From positions 24,924,001 to 24,988,000 of the forward strand of contig OZ038378.1 of the NCBI GenBank assembly GCA_964036045.1: a DNA stretch of 64,000 bases, in the 5' to 3' direction. Below are positions 47,690 through 60,790 of this stretch, piece after piece. This stretch comes from Eutreptiella sp. 'Long Island Sound 2002' (Eukaryota; Protista; Euglenida). The notes under the pieces were generated by a model. The model made no database searches. It was not told the DNA's origin and saw only the letters and a program-made list of their open reading frames with translations. Positions within the stretch are counted from its first letter, which is position 1. Every line of letters starts with the position of its first letter. The translations under genes were made by a program, and so were the position numbers.

Positions 47690-50600
47690 GTGCTGTGTGG
47701 AAGGGGATGCGCTTGAAGGCGGGCCACAAAGCAATTCAGCATGATTGAGCGGGACCGTACCGGGGCTTCTCAGTGTTCTCACATGCAGCTGCGCAGTCCC
47801 GTTGGAGTCCAGAGTACCTATGCCTCCCCTGACTGCCGGACGGTCAGGATCTATGCCCTCAATGCCAACAACGATTTCTTGTTGGCAAATTTTTGTTGAG
47901 GGGTTTTTTGTTAGAAAATTTTGCTGGCAAAATTTTTCAGTTGGAAACCCTTCCTCCCTGAGTCCGGCCCATCACTGTGATCATTCATAGAGGCCCCCTC
48001 ACCCCCCCCTCCAAGTCCTAGGTCAGGTTGGAACCATCTGGACTGGTAACCCTCTTAGAGAGTTGCAGTTCGCTCCGCCCCATCTGCTTCTTTTCGCCCC
48101 CCCCCCCCCCTCCCTGGCCCATGAACCGTTTGGTACCCGCTAGATCTTGTCCCCTGACCGCTTTTGCAACCGCCAGGAATCGCCTTGGAAACCGCTTTTG
48201 AAAACCATCTCCAGCCTCTCGCTGACTCAACGGCATCCCTGATGCGGTCCCCACTGTGCGGGGCAACATTCTTGTGGTCGGTGTCTGAGCCAATGTGTAT
48301 TGTGTTGCAGACAGAATTTTTTTGAATACAGGACTGTTTTCCGTTATGCAAGTGTGTTTTTCATGAAATGCTGCTGCCGCCCATGTGGTGTCAGCTGTCA
48401 ATGATCCAAAGTTGTCGGCATGATGATGAATGGCACAAACACTGCCTTTCGCTAGTCGCCATAATCCAATCACCCCTGCAAAAGCATGGCATGATACTCA
48501 GAAAGCCCAACTCTGTTATGAAAGACTGGCGACATGACACACAAACATTGAAAACAGAGTCTCTGGGGAAGTTGGGCCATTCCAGGTATCGCACTGCATA
48601 AAGGGGCTCCATCGTTGATTCTCATCTACCTCCTGTCCCCGCCATAGACACTTCCGACCATTAACGTAGTGCTGAGAGCACCTAAATCGCTGACAAATCG
48701 GCCGGCGATCCAAAGATGGTCTCTGTGGACGGAATGACCGGGCCATAGATGGTCTCGTAATATGGAGGACGTTCATACTTCACTTTTGAAAGCGCATTTA
48801 CATGGACTGCATGTTTCGGTTGGCAGAGGCTCAGTCTTTGGTTACCAAGGCCCCCGCCCACAGGTGGTTGGGTTTGCCGCAGTCGGTTCAATTGCGAATC
48901 GTGCAGAAACGGTGAATGCGCTCCTGCGCTTTGGAAGTGGAATCGCATGTTTTGGAGGTGCATGTGTTTGATTCCTTGATTGCTCGGACCTGTCACCGTT
49001 CCCCATCTACTCCAGCTGGCACAGGAATGGGTTGCACTCTGAGGCCCAGGAGGCAAAAGGAGTGCTGGCCTGATACGCCATCTAATGTGCATACTAGACA
49101 GGTAAAACGGACCTATTCCACCCTTTTTGTGCATCAGATGTTCACGTTTACAACGTGTGCACCGTGTCTACAACATGTGCATGCTGTACACCAAATGTGC
49201 ACAGTGTCTACAGACTGCACACAGGCAAACGGGTATGTGCACAGTGTCTACCAACTGTGCAAAGTGTCTACAGGGCGGATAATACGTGTGTTACATCTCA
49301 TACATATTAGCTAATACATGTTAAATTGTAGGGCAGGCATCTGCATCGGGCGCCACATTCACTTTTTGGGATCTTTCCCCCGATTTAACGCTGACGGTTT
49401 ATTGTGACCCCACCCCACTTCCCTTCAGCCCTTCCGCAAAAATGCTGTCGCTTCATGGCATGGCACTACTACGCACGTGCACCACAACCCTCGTCGCTGA
49501 CGGATTTTTGTGACCCCACCCCTAGAATGCGCACACACTGCGGCCAGTGCTCCCCCAGAATGTGTTGATAAGCAGAAACAAACTTTCACAGGCGACCAGC
49601 CTTCCAGAACAGAGTTCAGCTCGTGTGAGTGGGATGCTGTGTTTTGCCCATTCTAGGCTGGGCCAGATGTATTGTCTGTAGCTCTGGCAGTGAGGAGACT
49701 CGGGAGCAGACATGTTGGTTTTTCACTTCTGTCTGGCGTCGGGTCTGAGGTGTGCAGAGATGCCTCCCGGGGGTAGATTGAGGCGGCAATTCGCATCCGC
49801 TGCACGCTGTGCACATCGAAGATGGTCCGCCTTCCCCCAAAACGAGCAAAGTGTGGAATGGTCCATCATGTACATGATGTTGATCTAACAACATCGATGT
49901 GTTTGTTTAAGTGTGAGAATGCCACTACTGCATTGATCAATCGCTGCAGCAACGTGCGTGCAATCCAGTGCCAGAGCACAAAACAGGGGACCAGCATGCC
50001 CTCAGAAATATGCCCTGAGGAATAAATGCGAGGAACTACTGTGCAAAGATGTGTCAGCGATCCATCAGTGGAATGGCACCGCGAATTCTCACCTCAGTGG
50101 GAGCCCCCCCGTTTCTGATGCCTGTTGATCCTGACAGGCCGGAAAGCATGGGGGCAGAAGGCTGCGTACATGAGCACTAGTACAAATCACCACCCTCTGC
50201 CGCTAGACACCAGTCAGACAACACTCGACCCAGCCCCCCGCCCCTCCCGTTCTCTGTGCACTTCTGTACCGTGGGCAATGTTTGTGTGTTCATTGCACGG
50301 AGCGTGGAGTGTGGAGTGTGCCTTGGACCTGGTGACCTCGGGCTGCATCAATGAATCAATGACAGAGGCGCACGGAGCAGGTGCTGTGCTCATGGTCTGT
50401 GTGCACCGTTGCGTGCTCTGTGGTGCAATCAGTGGTGTCCGGAGGCCCTTCAGTAGCCTCTGGGATGCACTCATGTCTGTGGAGCGCCATGGCTGTGCTG
50501 TAAGGAAGTACGACTACGGTTTGATTGGACCTGCGGCGAGGGGGTGGAGTGACCGGCAGTTCCTTGGTTGGGCCCCTGGGCAACGCGCGTGCGTCGGGAC

Positions 50601-53251
50601 TTCACTGCGGCTGCCTCAGGCAGGGGTCCGAGACGGTCACAGCGCCAGTCCAGTGCGGGGGGGCCTGAGATGCCCTGAGAGGTCGATTGATCACCAGGTC
50701 GAGGAGTAACGTTTCAGACCACATCGATATGTCGTTGAACACACTCCCATCCCATCCCATCCCCCTCTCTCCACGCTGCAGGTTAGGGTCCCATACGACA
50801 CCCCGGCACTCCTGATGCCCCAAGCAATGCCAAGTTGCGCTGAGTGCCAGCGGAGGTAGATAATTCCCTTGAAAATGACCCTTCTGCACCCCCTTGCCTA
50901 CACCAGCGAGACAGGGCGCCACAGCTGCTGCAGGAAAAAATTTGACAAAAACTTTCAACCGCAAAGTCGCCCCCCCCCCCCCCACACACCCTAATGAGTA
51001 CCCAACGACACATTCCCCGCATTACGTACCCACGTACCCACATGACATCCGCCACATTACATCCGCCACAATCGTCAGGTTGAGGAACGGGAGTGCATAC
51101 GGGGAGGACCAGCTTTTGGCACCTGGCTTCCAGCTTTTGCATACAGTGATGGTGGCCGACCCCCCCTTTGGCATGGACCGGCATCATGCCCCTTGATCTG
51201 GCAAGAGCATCAATTCGTGGTAAGATTTTGTTTGTTTTTTGTCAATCGCAACAGAACTGGCCAATCCAGGAGATCTACACAGTGCGGGTTGAACAGCAGC
51301 AGCAACAACAGCACCAGCAGTAGCAACAGCAAAAGCAGCTGCTGCTGCTGCTGCAAGAACAAGAACAATGACAACAACAGGATAACTGTCTCAAAGTGAA
51401 AAACGAGCCATGCCCATTGGTTGCACTTTAACGAGGCTCAACAACACTCATTATCCAATGAATTGGTGGCCACCAGCGACGCTGCGCAGCTTGCGCTGAA
51501 AGAGAATCAAGCGCGGGATGCCCCACCCTTACAGGTACGGAAACAACTTCGATCCACAACCGCTCAAATGCATATCTCCGGTGGTCTCCTTGGTTTGTTC
51601 TCACCTTCGCAGAGTCACGGAACTGTCTCTATCGAATGGTCGGCTCAAGTAACTATCTCCCTGCATTGGCCCCAGCAGCTTTGGGGGAAACATGCGCACC
51701 GCGCACACCACACCGCGCGCGCACCGTGCGCGATCTTTCGCATGCACTCTCGTGGAAATTGCATGTTTTTCAGGGTGGCAGGGATGCAGTGGCCTAAGGG
51801 GTAAGCATACAACAACGGAGGCCTCCACTCCATCCTCCTCACCAATTGCATGGTGGTTGTAGCCGCCCACACCCCCTGCCGGGGAGGGGGGGGGCATTGG
51901 TTGATGATGAAAGGAGAAGAGCCCGCTCTCCGGCACAGCATCAACTCATTTGTCTACTCCGTGTTCTCATCAGCGCCCGTAAGTGACGACCTGATGAAGA
52001 AGATGCTAAGTCGGGAGAGGATGAATCTGAGTCAGTGTGCCGCTGCATCGCCTTTGGCTGCTTGACAATGGCCGCGGGAAAGCGGCCCCACAGACCATAT
52101 GGTTCGAAACGGACGTTGCGGACATTCAGAAATTGCGAGATGTGCACCACGGCATGCACCATCCATTGCAATTTCGGAAGAGGATCCCCACACTTCCGGT
52201 ACGTGTCGTGGCACACGCAGCATGCATGCAACTGCATCAGGACGTGCTCCGAACGGGCACGCAAGAAACTATGCCCATTGTTTGCCTTTGCCTTCCAAGG
52301 GGGCATCTCCTTTTTGGGGGCTTCGGAAATGGGGTGATGGACCCAAGCCGGCACCAAACCCACCATCCAACAAATGGGGGCCATATCCCGCAGCCACAGC
52401 ACACGGGCCCACGGGGGGGGGGGGGTACAAGGCCAGTGGGATGCTGAGGAAGATATGGGAAGGGAGTCAGTTGCACTACCCAAAAAACCACGCACTGCGC
52501 ACTGCACCGCGCATTGTGTTTCCCCCTTTGCCTGGGATTGAATTTGATCGCAACATTGGACTGGTCTGATTTTGCGAGATTTCGGTACATTGCACTTCGA
52601 AATCCACCTCTCGGCCTCAAAATCCCCATATGCCCAGATGGTTCAGCATATGAGCAAATACATACTCAAAGTTTCAGAACAGTACCACCTTCAACGATGG
52701 TCTCCAGGCGGCGCTGCCAGCCAGAATGTGCTCAGCACAGGGCATTTGGCTATAGAAAGCTCCACTTAAGGCGTCCACCAATCCTCTGTGATCACATGTC
52801 CTACCTCTGGGCGCTTTGTCGCCGGTGGCGCCGCACGATGGGACAGCCATATCAAACCAATGGTGCCCCCCACGCTGTGTGTGTTCCAGCAATCATCAGC
52901 GCGTAAATACACACTGGTTCACACCATATCGAACTCCAACACCAAACTGATGTGCGGGCAAGTAAAGGGGAATGCATTCGTCTTCATTCGATGTTTGTTA
53001 GCCACAACATCACTGATTCCGGCAGCCTTGCATGTCATGGTGCCATATTCTGCCAATGGACACTCCAGTTCTTCGTGGCGATGACACAACTGCGCCACAG
53101 AAGCCTCCAGCTCAGCATTTGTTTTGGCCAGGGCTCCCACTCTGCGCATCACACTCCTTCGTCAGGCCCGTCCGAACTCTAAGAGCACTCTCATCGGATC
53201 CAAAACCGTAGAGCGCTTCGATTTGCAAGAATGCGTCCTGCTTGAAGAGCC

Positions 53252-53731
53252 CTAGCCGCAGTTCCACTGTCGAACCACCTCATAGGCAGCAATGCTGAAT
53301 GCGGAGCCCACATTCAAAGAATTTTTCACACCGAAGCAAGGGATGCACACAATGTGAGTGCATAGGCCGAGCACATCTGGCTCCAACCCATGCCTCTCGT
53401 TGCCGACAAGCAGTGCACAACCTGTCCCCACAGCAGGAAATTGAAAAGTGTGCAACGTCCGTTGATCCTGGACTGTCTCCAATGCAATCACCGGCAGCTG
53501 TTGCTCTCTCATCCCCTGCAGCAACTGTTTTATGTCGCCGTGGTGTTCCCAAGGAATCGCCTCATGTGAGCCCATGGTGGCTTTCTTCGTTTGATCATCT
53601 GCTGGAGTCGCTGTGTAGCCACACAAGTGAATTTTGGAAGCACCCATGCATTCTGCACTTCGGAAGATCGCTCCCACGTTGAAGGCCGATCTCAAGTTAT
53701 CCAGTATTACAACGAACGGGAATTTTTGGAC
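53252..53731 (-). CDS. SpoU/TrmH-family (SPOUT) RNA 2'-O-methyltransferase, terminal exon; 5' end unresolved
   Basis: VILDNLRSAFNVGAIFRSA (motif 1), LLVGNERHGL (motif 2), IPCFGVKNSLNVGSA (motif 3); acceptor CTGCAG| at 53732. Confidence 0.88.
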   Translation of the reverse strand, partial: VQKFPFVVILDNLRSAFNVGAIFRSAECMGASKIHLCGYTATPADDQTKKATMGSHEAIPWEHHGDIKQLLQGMREQQLPVIALETVQDQRTLHTFQFPAVGTGCALLVGNERHGLEPDVLGLCTHIVCIPCFGVKNSLNVGSAFSIAAYEVVRQWNCG

Positions 53732-54807
53732 CTGCAGACGAAGGTGGGCTTTCGGAAGTACCAGGGTCAATGACAGCTTTGCCATCTCAAGAGCAGATAG
53801 GAAGATCAAGAGACGGTTTTCCTCATCGATGCCCTTCCTGCATCGACGCCCAGGGGGAATGTTTGCCCGGCGCGCGCCCGGCGCGCTACCTTTCTATTAA
53901 CTATCCCGACTTCAGCCCGAGATTTACCCTCTGGTGGAGAAGGGCCCCCAAATAGACCATGATGGACTGCGCACCTTCCCTACAAAGCACGTTGCATAAT
54001 TAGACAATAGCTGTGAATTCAACAACTCCAAATGTCATTTGTATTGTACTTAACAAACAGTACTCTGCCTTTACCTTTCCCATAGATTTCGCTATGGTAA
54101 TGAGTCCCCAAGCGGCAAGCGGTTTGGACGGCGTTTCTGCCTCACGTCATAAGAACGAAGCGCAAACTCAGTATTCCCTACATCACCCTTGCCTTCTCGG
54201 GGTCCCCATGGTGGGGAGAAATCAATATGGCTACATTACCGCTGCTTTCTTGGGGTACCCATGGTGGGGAGAAATCAACCTAGTAAGGAGTGGATGTGGT
54301 GGAAACGAGCAGAAAATGGAAGAAAACTGGTGAAACTGGGTGATAATCCAAATATACCATATCCCGAATGTGAAAGAAGCATCAAAATACCAATTGTCAA
54401 ACAACAATAATGCCCATAGTATCACAAAGTATGGGGTTCTAGGACGGCTAGACATCCAAATAGTTGCACTGCGCACGCACTGCGCTCAGTGTGCCCCCTA
54501 AAAGGTCACCGGTGGGGCACGGGTCAAAAAAGATGCCCGGCGCGCTAACGCTCCCCCCGAGCCGACCTACTTTTGTGTGCAATGAGCACCGAGCACAGGG
54601 CCCACAGAAGGAAACTTCAACGACAATTTGCCATGAGGCCACAGCCTTTCAAGATGAATTGAGCGACAGGTTCACAAAGTGCAAATGGTGACCAACAAGC
54701 GTCATCAGCAATCACCCCAAAAGGCGCAGTCAGTCTTCAAGGTCGGTTCACAAGAGTCGTTGTAAAATGCCACTCAGAAACTCATTTGGTAATAAGGCCT
54801 GGAGCGA

Positions 54808-54811
<4 letters not shown>

Positions 54812-54842
<31 letters not shown>
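54812..54842. repeat. (GA)n microsatellite
   Basis: Direct reading. Confidence 0.97.
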
Positions 54843-54844
<2 letters not shown>

Positions 54845-55635
54845 TCAAAGTGGCGCTCCCATTTGGACACCCAGTTCCACACCCATTTTCACTTCACATT
54901 TTCACTTCCAACTTGCATGCCTACCATGACATGAAATCATGCGCGCTCCTTTGCATGCCTTGGTGCAGCTTTTGGCATCACCGCGGACAACTCCGCCCAA
55001 GCTAACAACCCTTGAGTGGTTAGCAGAGGCAGCCGGGTATAGTCAATTGGCAGGGTTGTGTTGAGAACGGAGCCTTGTCCCTCCTGCAGAACACATCTAT
55101 GGGGGGCATTGCCGCACAGCATGCACGAAGCACCCATTATTGGGGTATGGTGGACACTTTCGCCAACAAAATCGGTCTGCACCACGTAATGCCATATTCA
55201 TCAGACCTCAGAGAATAAGCTACGCGGCGTACATTCGAAATAAAAGCATTGCGTGAAAAATGGCGATCGAATGTCTTCAAAAGAAAATGCATTCACAATG
55301 ACTCATTTAACAACCGTCACAAATTCCGTTGGCGGCACTCAAAATTGTGCACCCTCTGGAACAGTGGTGCACAGTACGGTGGGTTGCGTAGAAGGAAGTG
55401 ATGCGGCCGAACCGGGTGACTTGGGGTGCCACAACCATGTGGTACACAAAACTCAACACAACAGTGGTATCTGAGACGGAAAACCAAGAAAGCACTCATT
55501 GACCACCCCACCGCACTTCACCCAAGGACGACCATCGGAAAGCAGGTCTTAGAGCATGGAAAGCACACTATTATTGTGGCGCAGCTGGACGATGCACTTC
55601 AGTTTTGTCGGCAACATGGTCCACAGAGTCATCCA

Positions 55636-55925
55636 GTCCCCCCCCCCCTATTGGGAGGCCTATTAGGGGGCCTATTGGGGGACCAATTCGGGGGGGCCTA
55701 TTAGGGGGGTTACTAGGGGGCCTATTGGGGGGTGCCTATAGGGGGGCATGTTGGAGGTGTTGGAGGAAAGCGTAGCTTGATTGGGGAAATCGGTGTAACT
55801 TGCTTTTTTTTTCGGCGTAAGTCACACAACTTTTTTGGGGGGGCGTAAGTCACGTTTTTTTTCGACGGAAATTTTTTTTTTGGTGTAAGTCGCGTAAACT
55901 TTTTTTTTTGGCGTAAGTCGCGTAT
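55636..55925. repeat. GGGGCCTATT repeats followed by a (G)CGTAAGTC/T-tract array; candidate transposon terminus
   Basis: Starts GTCCCCCCCCC; CGTAAGTC occurs repeatedly between T tracts; its inverse GACTTACG recurs at 61230-61292. Confidence 0.6.
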
Positions 55926-56658
55926 GGAAAGAAAACCCCTTTTTTCCAAAGAAAAAAAAAGAAAAGAAAAGAAAAAAAAGGTGGGGAAACACGAGAACTA
56001 CCCAACAACCTCCAGTGCTATTGGAGGAGGTGAAGCATATAGCCCCCACGGACATTTTGGGTACCTCCGGCACGGGTAAAGCAATGGAGCCGTGGCGTGA
56101 AGGGTGGTTTTTATACTCATCGCCGGCAGATGGCGGAAATAACGTGGAGCACACTCATCATGATCGCAAACAAAAAATACAACTCGCCCTTCGGCCTTTG
56201 CAAGCGGTATCAAAATGACTATATTGCTGCCGGCGCCACCGGCTACGAAGCTCAAGCCAGCGATACCACCTGAGTCCAAGCTCCTTAGGCCAACTACATT
56301 CTTCGCATGCAACCATAATGGCGTGGGGGCAACTACAAGAAGTCGCCGAACACACACTTGTAGATCAAAGCAGTCTTTGTGTCCTATGCCTTCGGCTTTG
56401 CATGCGGATTCGTGTTCCGCGCACAAGGGAGGCCAGGTTTTCGTTTCCCGGGGGGGGGGGGTGACAAAGCCCTCCGGCCGGAACCCCCCCCAAAAGGGGC
56501 TCAATTGACGGGACCCCCAAAGTACCCCAAAAACCGACCCGTGGACGTCCGTGGTTCCAATGGCGGTGGTACTTGTGTTTAAGGACACAAGGCCCCCGGT
56601 TAATTCCGGCTACATGTATGTAGCGCCCCACCATGGCCTCCCATTAGAACCACTTGAG

Positions 56659-57060
56659 CTAGTCAGACTCATATTCGCCAGCAGAGTCACACTCAGAGTC
56701 GGTAACAATGTCGCAGCCGGAATCAGAGTCAGAGTCAGAGCTAAAGCTAGAGTTAGAGTCGGAGCTGGAGTCACAGGTGGAGGTAGAGGTGGAGCTAGAA
56801 GAGCTCGAGCTCGAGGATGCACCCGTCGATGGTGCATAGCCAGGATCAGCCAAGCGGCTACTTGGTCCAACCTGTGCAGAGACACGCTCAGGACACAACC
56901 AACGGCCCGTAGGAATCTCCTGGAGAGGAGGTGTCAGGCACAACTGGTGCCAACCAACTGTGGCAGAATGTGCACCCTCACAAATGAGAATGTCATTCCC
57001 ATGAGATGCATCACCACTGCGGCAATGGACACAAACAATGTCCTCATCCTCATCTTCATG
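56659..57060 (-). pseudogene. PHD finger followed by a Ser/Asp-rich tail
   Basis: [50 protein letters not shown] is a C4HC3 PHD pattern with the last Cys changed to Arg. Confidence 0.8.
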
Positions 57061-57172
57061 GGAGTCCGTATCCCCAACTCAAGGGGCCACACCGAAGCTT
57101 GGGAGTCCGTATCCCCAACTCGAGGGGCCACACCAAAGCGTGGGAGTACGTATCCCCAACTCGAGGGGTCAC
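57060..57172. repeat. 41-bp tandem repeat related to the reverse complement of the 48-bp unit at 18300-18900
   Basis: GGGAGT(C/A)CGTATCCCCAACTC(A/G)AGGGG at 57060, 57101 and 57142. Confidence 0.85.
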
Positions 57173-57852
57173 ACATGGGCAGAGAGGCACATGAGCAAGG
57201 GTGGGTGCCTCCCATCCACGCTCTAGCACATGGGCAGAGAGGCAGGTGAGCAAGGGTGGGTGCAAAGGGGACAAAATTTTCGGGAAAGAAACACCTAAAA
57301 AACGTGGATCCTAACCTTTTCATTAGTGAAAATGGTGTCTGTCAAGTGAGCCCTTTTCGCAAACCTCCCCCCCAGTTTTGGAAGGCTCTATTGACCCCCC
57401 CCCCCCCCCGCGGAAGTGAAAACCCGACATGCCCAAGCCTCACGGATGTCCTTCGCAAGAAACTCTTCTAGCTCTCGAATAAATCGTTGATCGTTCACCA
57501 ACCAACCCTCTACGCCCTTTGGGTACGCCTCGGGGACCTCGACACGCTTCTTATGGATGAACACGTATGGACGGGCATCATCACTTGTGGGGGGGGGGGG
57601 GGGTTAGAAGAGGAAGTGGATTGCGGGGTCTATGGAGGGGCCGTGATATTGCCCTTCACTAACTTCCCATCTAGGGGCACGTCCTCGGAGTTGGAGGCCG
57701 GGAAGGCAGGAGATTCTCTAACCGTTGGCTCCGAGGAGGAGGCAACAATGTTGCCCTTGGGTTCCGAAAGAGGATCCTCTTCATCAAAAAGGAGGGGGGA
57801 AGTAGAGGGGGGGGCGGGACTCGGGGCTGGAGGTTGGGCTAGGAGGAGATTC

Positions 57853-58450
57853 TCAAGGCTCCCAACAATCTACCTCCCCCTCCCACCCATTCTCCAAGAT
57901 GGTGCCGGGGACTGAGACGGAGCGATCTGCATTGATGATGCGCAGTGCTTCCTTGATGAATCCTTTCGGCAAAGGTGTAACATCAACGTCCTCTAGGCTT
58001 CCCCTGTGGCCAGCCACCTCATCACAAAGATGCAGTGATTCATAGCCACATGACCAACCATCCTTTTGAAAACCCAAAGCCCGAGCATGTGCGGCAACAC
58101 CCTTTGATTGGAGGCGTTTCAACATTGGCCGGACCAAGGAAGTGCCAGAAAGTGGCTCCCAAATGTGGACTTTGAAGGTCCATACCGGCACTCTGCAGTC
58201 CAAACCAATGGAGCCCTTCACGATCGTCACTATTAACAATGAATATGTGGCACCAAGCCAAACCAACTGTTGTATGGCTGGTGCCCTTAGTGTCTTCGTA
58301 CTTCCTCATGATGCTCGGGCGGGACACAATGCATGTCACCGCCGTAGGCGATGCCCATGGCTCACCAACCTCATTGTAGTACAACTTGTCGTGAAGCCAC
58401 GCACGAATGTCCTTGTCGCTCAACCAATCTCCCACAACAAGAGGCTTCGT
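57853..58450 (-). pseudogene. Ulp1/SENP (C48) cysteine-protease-like domain, frameshifted
   Basis: GDWLSDKDI...IVNSDDREGLHWF, then a frameshift, then IWEPLSG...QKDGWSCG: His, acidic residue, Gln and Cys in C48 order. Stops follow in a Ser/Pro-rich linker. Confidence 0.72.
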
Positions 58451-58609
58451 TTCATCGGCGGGCCTAGTGGTGCCGTCTGGGGCTCCCCAACGCTTCGGAG
58501 CAGGGGACAGAAAAAGGGTACATTACGCAACAAAAAAAAAGCATAACACCCTTTTTCTTTTGAGAAAAAAGTGTAACTCGCTTATTTTTTGTCAATAGGT
58601 TGCCTATCA

Positions 58610-60264
58610 CAGCCCGGGGATTTACGGGGGTTTACAGTGCTTTTGGCACCCGGCACCCACCTTGTGTAAATTGGTGTAAATTTTCCCAAAAGTGGCATAA
58701 ATTTCCTTCAAAAAGTGTAAATTTAAGAAAAGGACGGTGTCACTCAACAGCTCAACCAATGTGCAAAACTCAGAAAAAAGTAATGTAGAGTTTTGTGATT
58801 GGTTGCTTGGGCCTTGTGACCCCAAGTGGCGTTTTCCCACCGTTTGCATGGTTGGTTTGGTGTTTGAATTAGAAAATGTGTGTATACATACTTATATATA
58901 CCAGCAGGCAGGGTTTGTTTTAGGTGGGTTTGCCCAAGCACTGCCGGGGGGTAGAGGGGTCACGGGGGATGGGGAATGCACCATGGACCTAGGCTGTGGT
59001 CCAAATTTTGTCTTGCCACAAGGGCAAAAAGATGGTGAAAAATTCGGAAGCAAAGGGCAAAAATTTTGGTGCACTCTGGGCAGGGGAAGGGGGTTGTTGC
59101 GGCGGGGGGGGGGGGGTACATACGTTAGTTTCGCTATATGTTGTTAGTTTACAGTGTGTGGCAGGGTGAGTGGATACATACACCGGTTACAAACAAGAGT
59201 TACACAATTAGTTTAGCAATTTTCTTGCTGAGGGGGTGGGGAAGCAGGCATAACAGGACAAAAGGTTAGCAGGTTAGAGGCAAGTTAAAACAAGCTGCAA
59301 ACATACCAAGACGCTTCACAACGCGGTAGATTAAACGAACCATCAACAAACCATCAAGTGCACATTCAACATGCACATAGCATTTGCATTGCCTGCATTG
59401 TTGGGTATCAGTGTTACCCAAAGGCTTCTCACAACCTCTGCAGACACATGCAAAACACCAACGGTGCCCCTCACCCCCCACCGTGACAAAGCAATGCTCA
59501 TGGACACCCCTCTTGCATTGCGAGCATGAGCTGGTCACCCCACACAGCTTGCCACGGCAACTACTGCAATATGACGCACCCAAAACTTCGACAAAGCTGC
59601 CGATGGATTGCGTCGTAGTGGGAGGGGAGGCGGCTTGCGACTGTGGGGGTTGCTGTGGCGCGGCGGCGGGGGGGGGGGAGTTGTATGAGAACTCAAAGCC
59701 ATTGCGGGGCTTGGAGTTCTTTGCGGCGCGCTCGATCTGCACTTGCTGCAGCGTCGAGGGTGCACCTTCGGCCTTGATGTGGCGGAGGGCGGCGGCGGGT
59801 GTAGAGAATTCTTGCCATTGGGCGTCCGCTTCTTGCTTGCAAACCCACATCACATGACAAAAACTGCCACAACAAACAGCAATGTGGAAGTAGGTCTACT
59901 AGCAAGGCAATTGCTAAGAGTGGAAATCTTATAACATGCAAAGTACTCGGGGTTGGTCATTAACATAGAAATTCTTGCGACCCCACTGCTTACACACCCA
60001 GGTCACATGACAAAGAGCACCAAAACAAACAGCAATGTACAACCTTTACAAATTTTCATGTTCAATACTCACAATTGTAGACCTCCTACATATCTAAATA
60101 TCCACCTAATAACATGCAAAGTACTTGGGTTCCTCAATTTACACCGAATTTACAGAAATTTACAGAAATTTACGCCACTTTTTGAGAAATTTACAAAAGT
60201 TTACGTAATTTACCGCGTAAATTGGATTTGGCACCCGGCACCCCCCCCATTATTCCCCGGGCTG
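58610..60264. mobile_element. Non-autonomous hAT-like DNA transposon (1655 bp) carrying a PHD-finger ORF
   Basis: TIR CAGCCCGGGGA / TCCCCGGGCTG; 8-bp TSD GCCTATCA (58602-58609) and CCCTATCA (60265-60272); inverted subterminal GTAAAT(T) arrays. Confidence 0.78.
59266..59850 (-). CDS. ORF with an N-terminal NUMOD1/HTH-like segment and two tandem PHD-like fingers
   Basis: CSSC..CSQC..HEHC..WCFAC, then CRGC..CRQC..HVEC. The second finger is incomplete, so it may be spliced or truncated. Confidence 0.7.
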   Translation of the reverse strand: MWVCKQEADAQWQEFSTPAAALRHIKAEGAPSTLQQVQIERAAKNSKPRNGFEFSYNSPPPAAAPQQPPQSQAASPPTTTQSIGSFVEVLGASYCSSCRGKLCGVTSSCSQCKRGVHEHCFVTVGGEGHRWCFACVCRGCEKPLGNTDTQQCRQCKCYVHVECALDGLLMVRLIYRVVKRLGMFAACFNLPLTC

Positions 60265-60289
60265 CCCTATCAAAACAAAAGAATCAAAA

Positions 60290-60790
60290 CACAAGTGGGC
60301 CATAAGTGGGCCTGGTGGCTACAGCACCCCTGCCATTGGGGGGGTCCCCAACGCTTTAGAGCGGGGACAAAATCGGAATTGGCCCGCAAGTGGGCCTAGT
60401 GGCTGCCTCAGCACTGCCTTCTCGGGGGAAGTGCTACGTAACCCCTACATTCTCGCGGGTCCCCAACAAAGGGGACAAAATCAGAAGTGGCTACCTCACC
60501 CCTACCTTCTCAGGGGCCCACGAGTGGGCGGAAGTGCTATGTAACCACTGCATTCTCGGAGGCCCACAAGAGGGCCGAAGTGCTACGTAACCCGTGCATT
60601 CTCGGGGGTCCCCAAACAAGGGGACGAAATCAAAAGCAGCTGCCTCACCCCTGCTTTCTCGGGGACCCACAAGTAGGCAGAAGTGCTACGTAACCCTTGC
60701 ATTATCGGGGGTCCCCAAACAAGGGGACAAATCAGAAGTGGCTGCCTCGCCCGTGCCTTCTCGGGGGACAAAATCAGAAGTGGCACGTCA
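60290..60790. repeat. Tandem array of the dispersed satellite-like family
   Basis: Repeated GAAGTGCTACGTAACCC..GCATTCTCG and GGGGACAAAATCAGAAGTGGCT units. Confidence 0.85.

Noticed and set aside
51040-52060. Coding-like plus-strand patches (LRNGSAYGEDQLL; SNELVATSDAAQLALKENQ; SDDLMKKMLSRE)
   Set aside because: Could not be joined into a phase-consistent gene or assigned to a family.
32696-53731. Functional tRNA-themed cluster (GluTR-like, SpoU, tRNA-like heads)
   Set aside because: Genes are 10-20 kb apart among unrelated transposons; no evidence beyond coincidence.
18300-60790. CRISPR-like arrays (23-, 41- and 48-bp repeats, satellite units)
   Set aside because: Units are head-to-tail with no unique spacers, there are no cas genes, and the context is eukaryotic.
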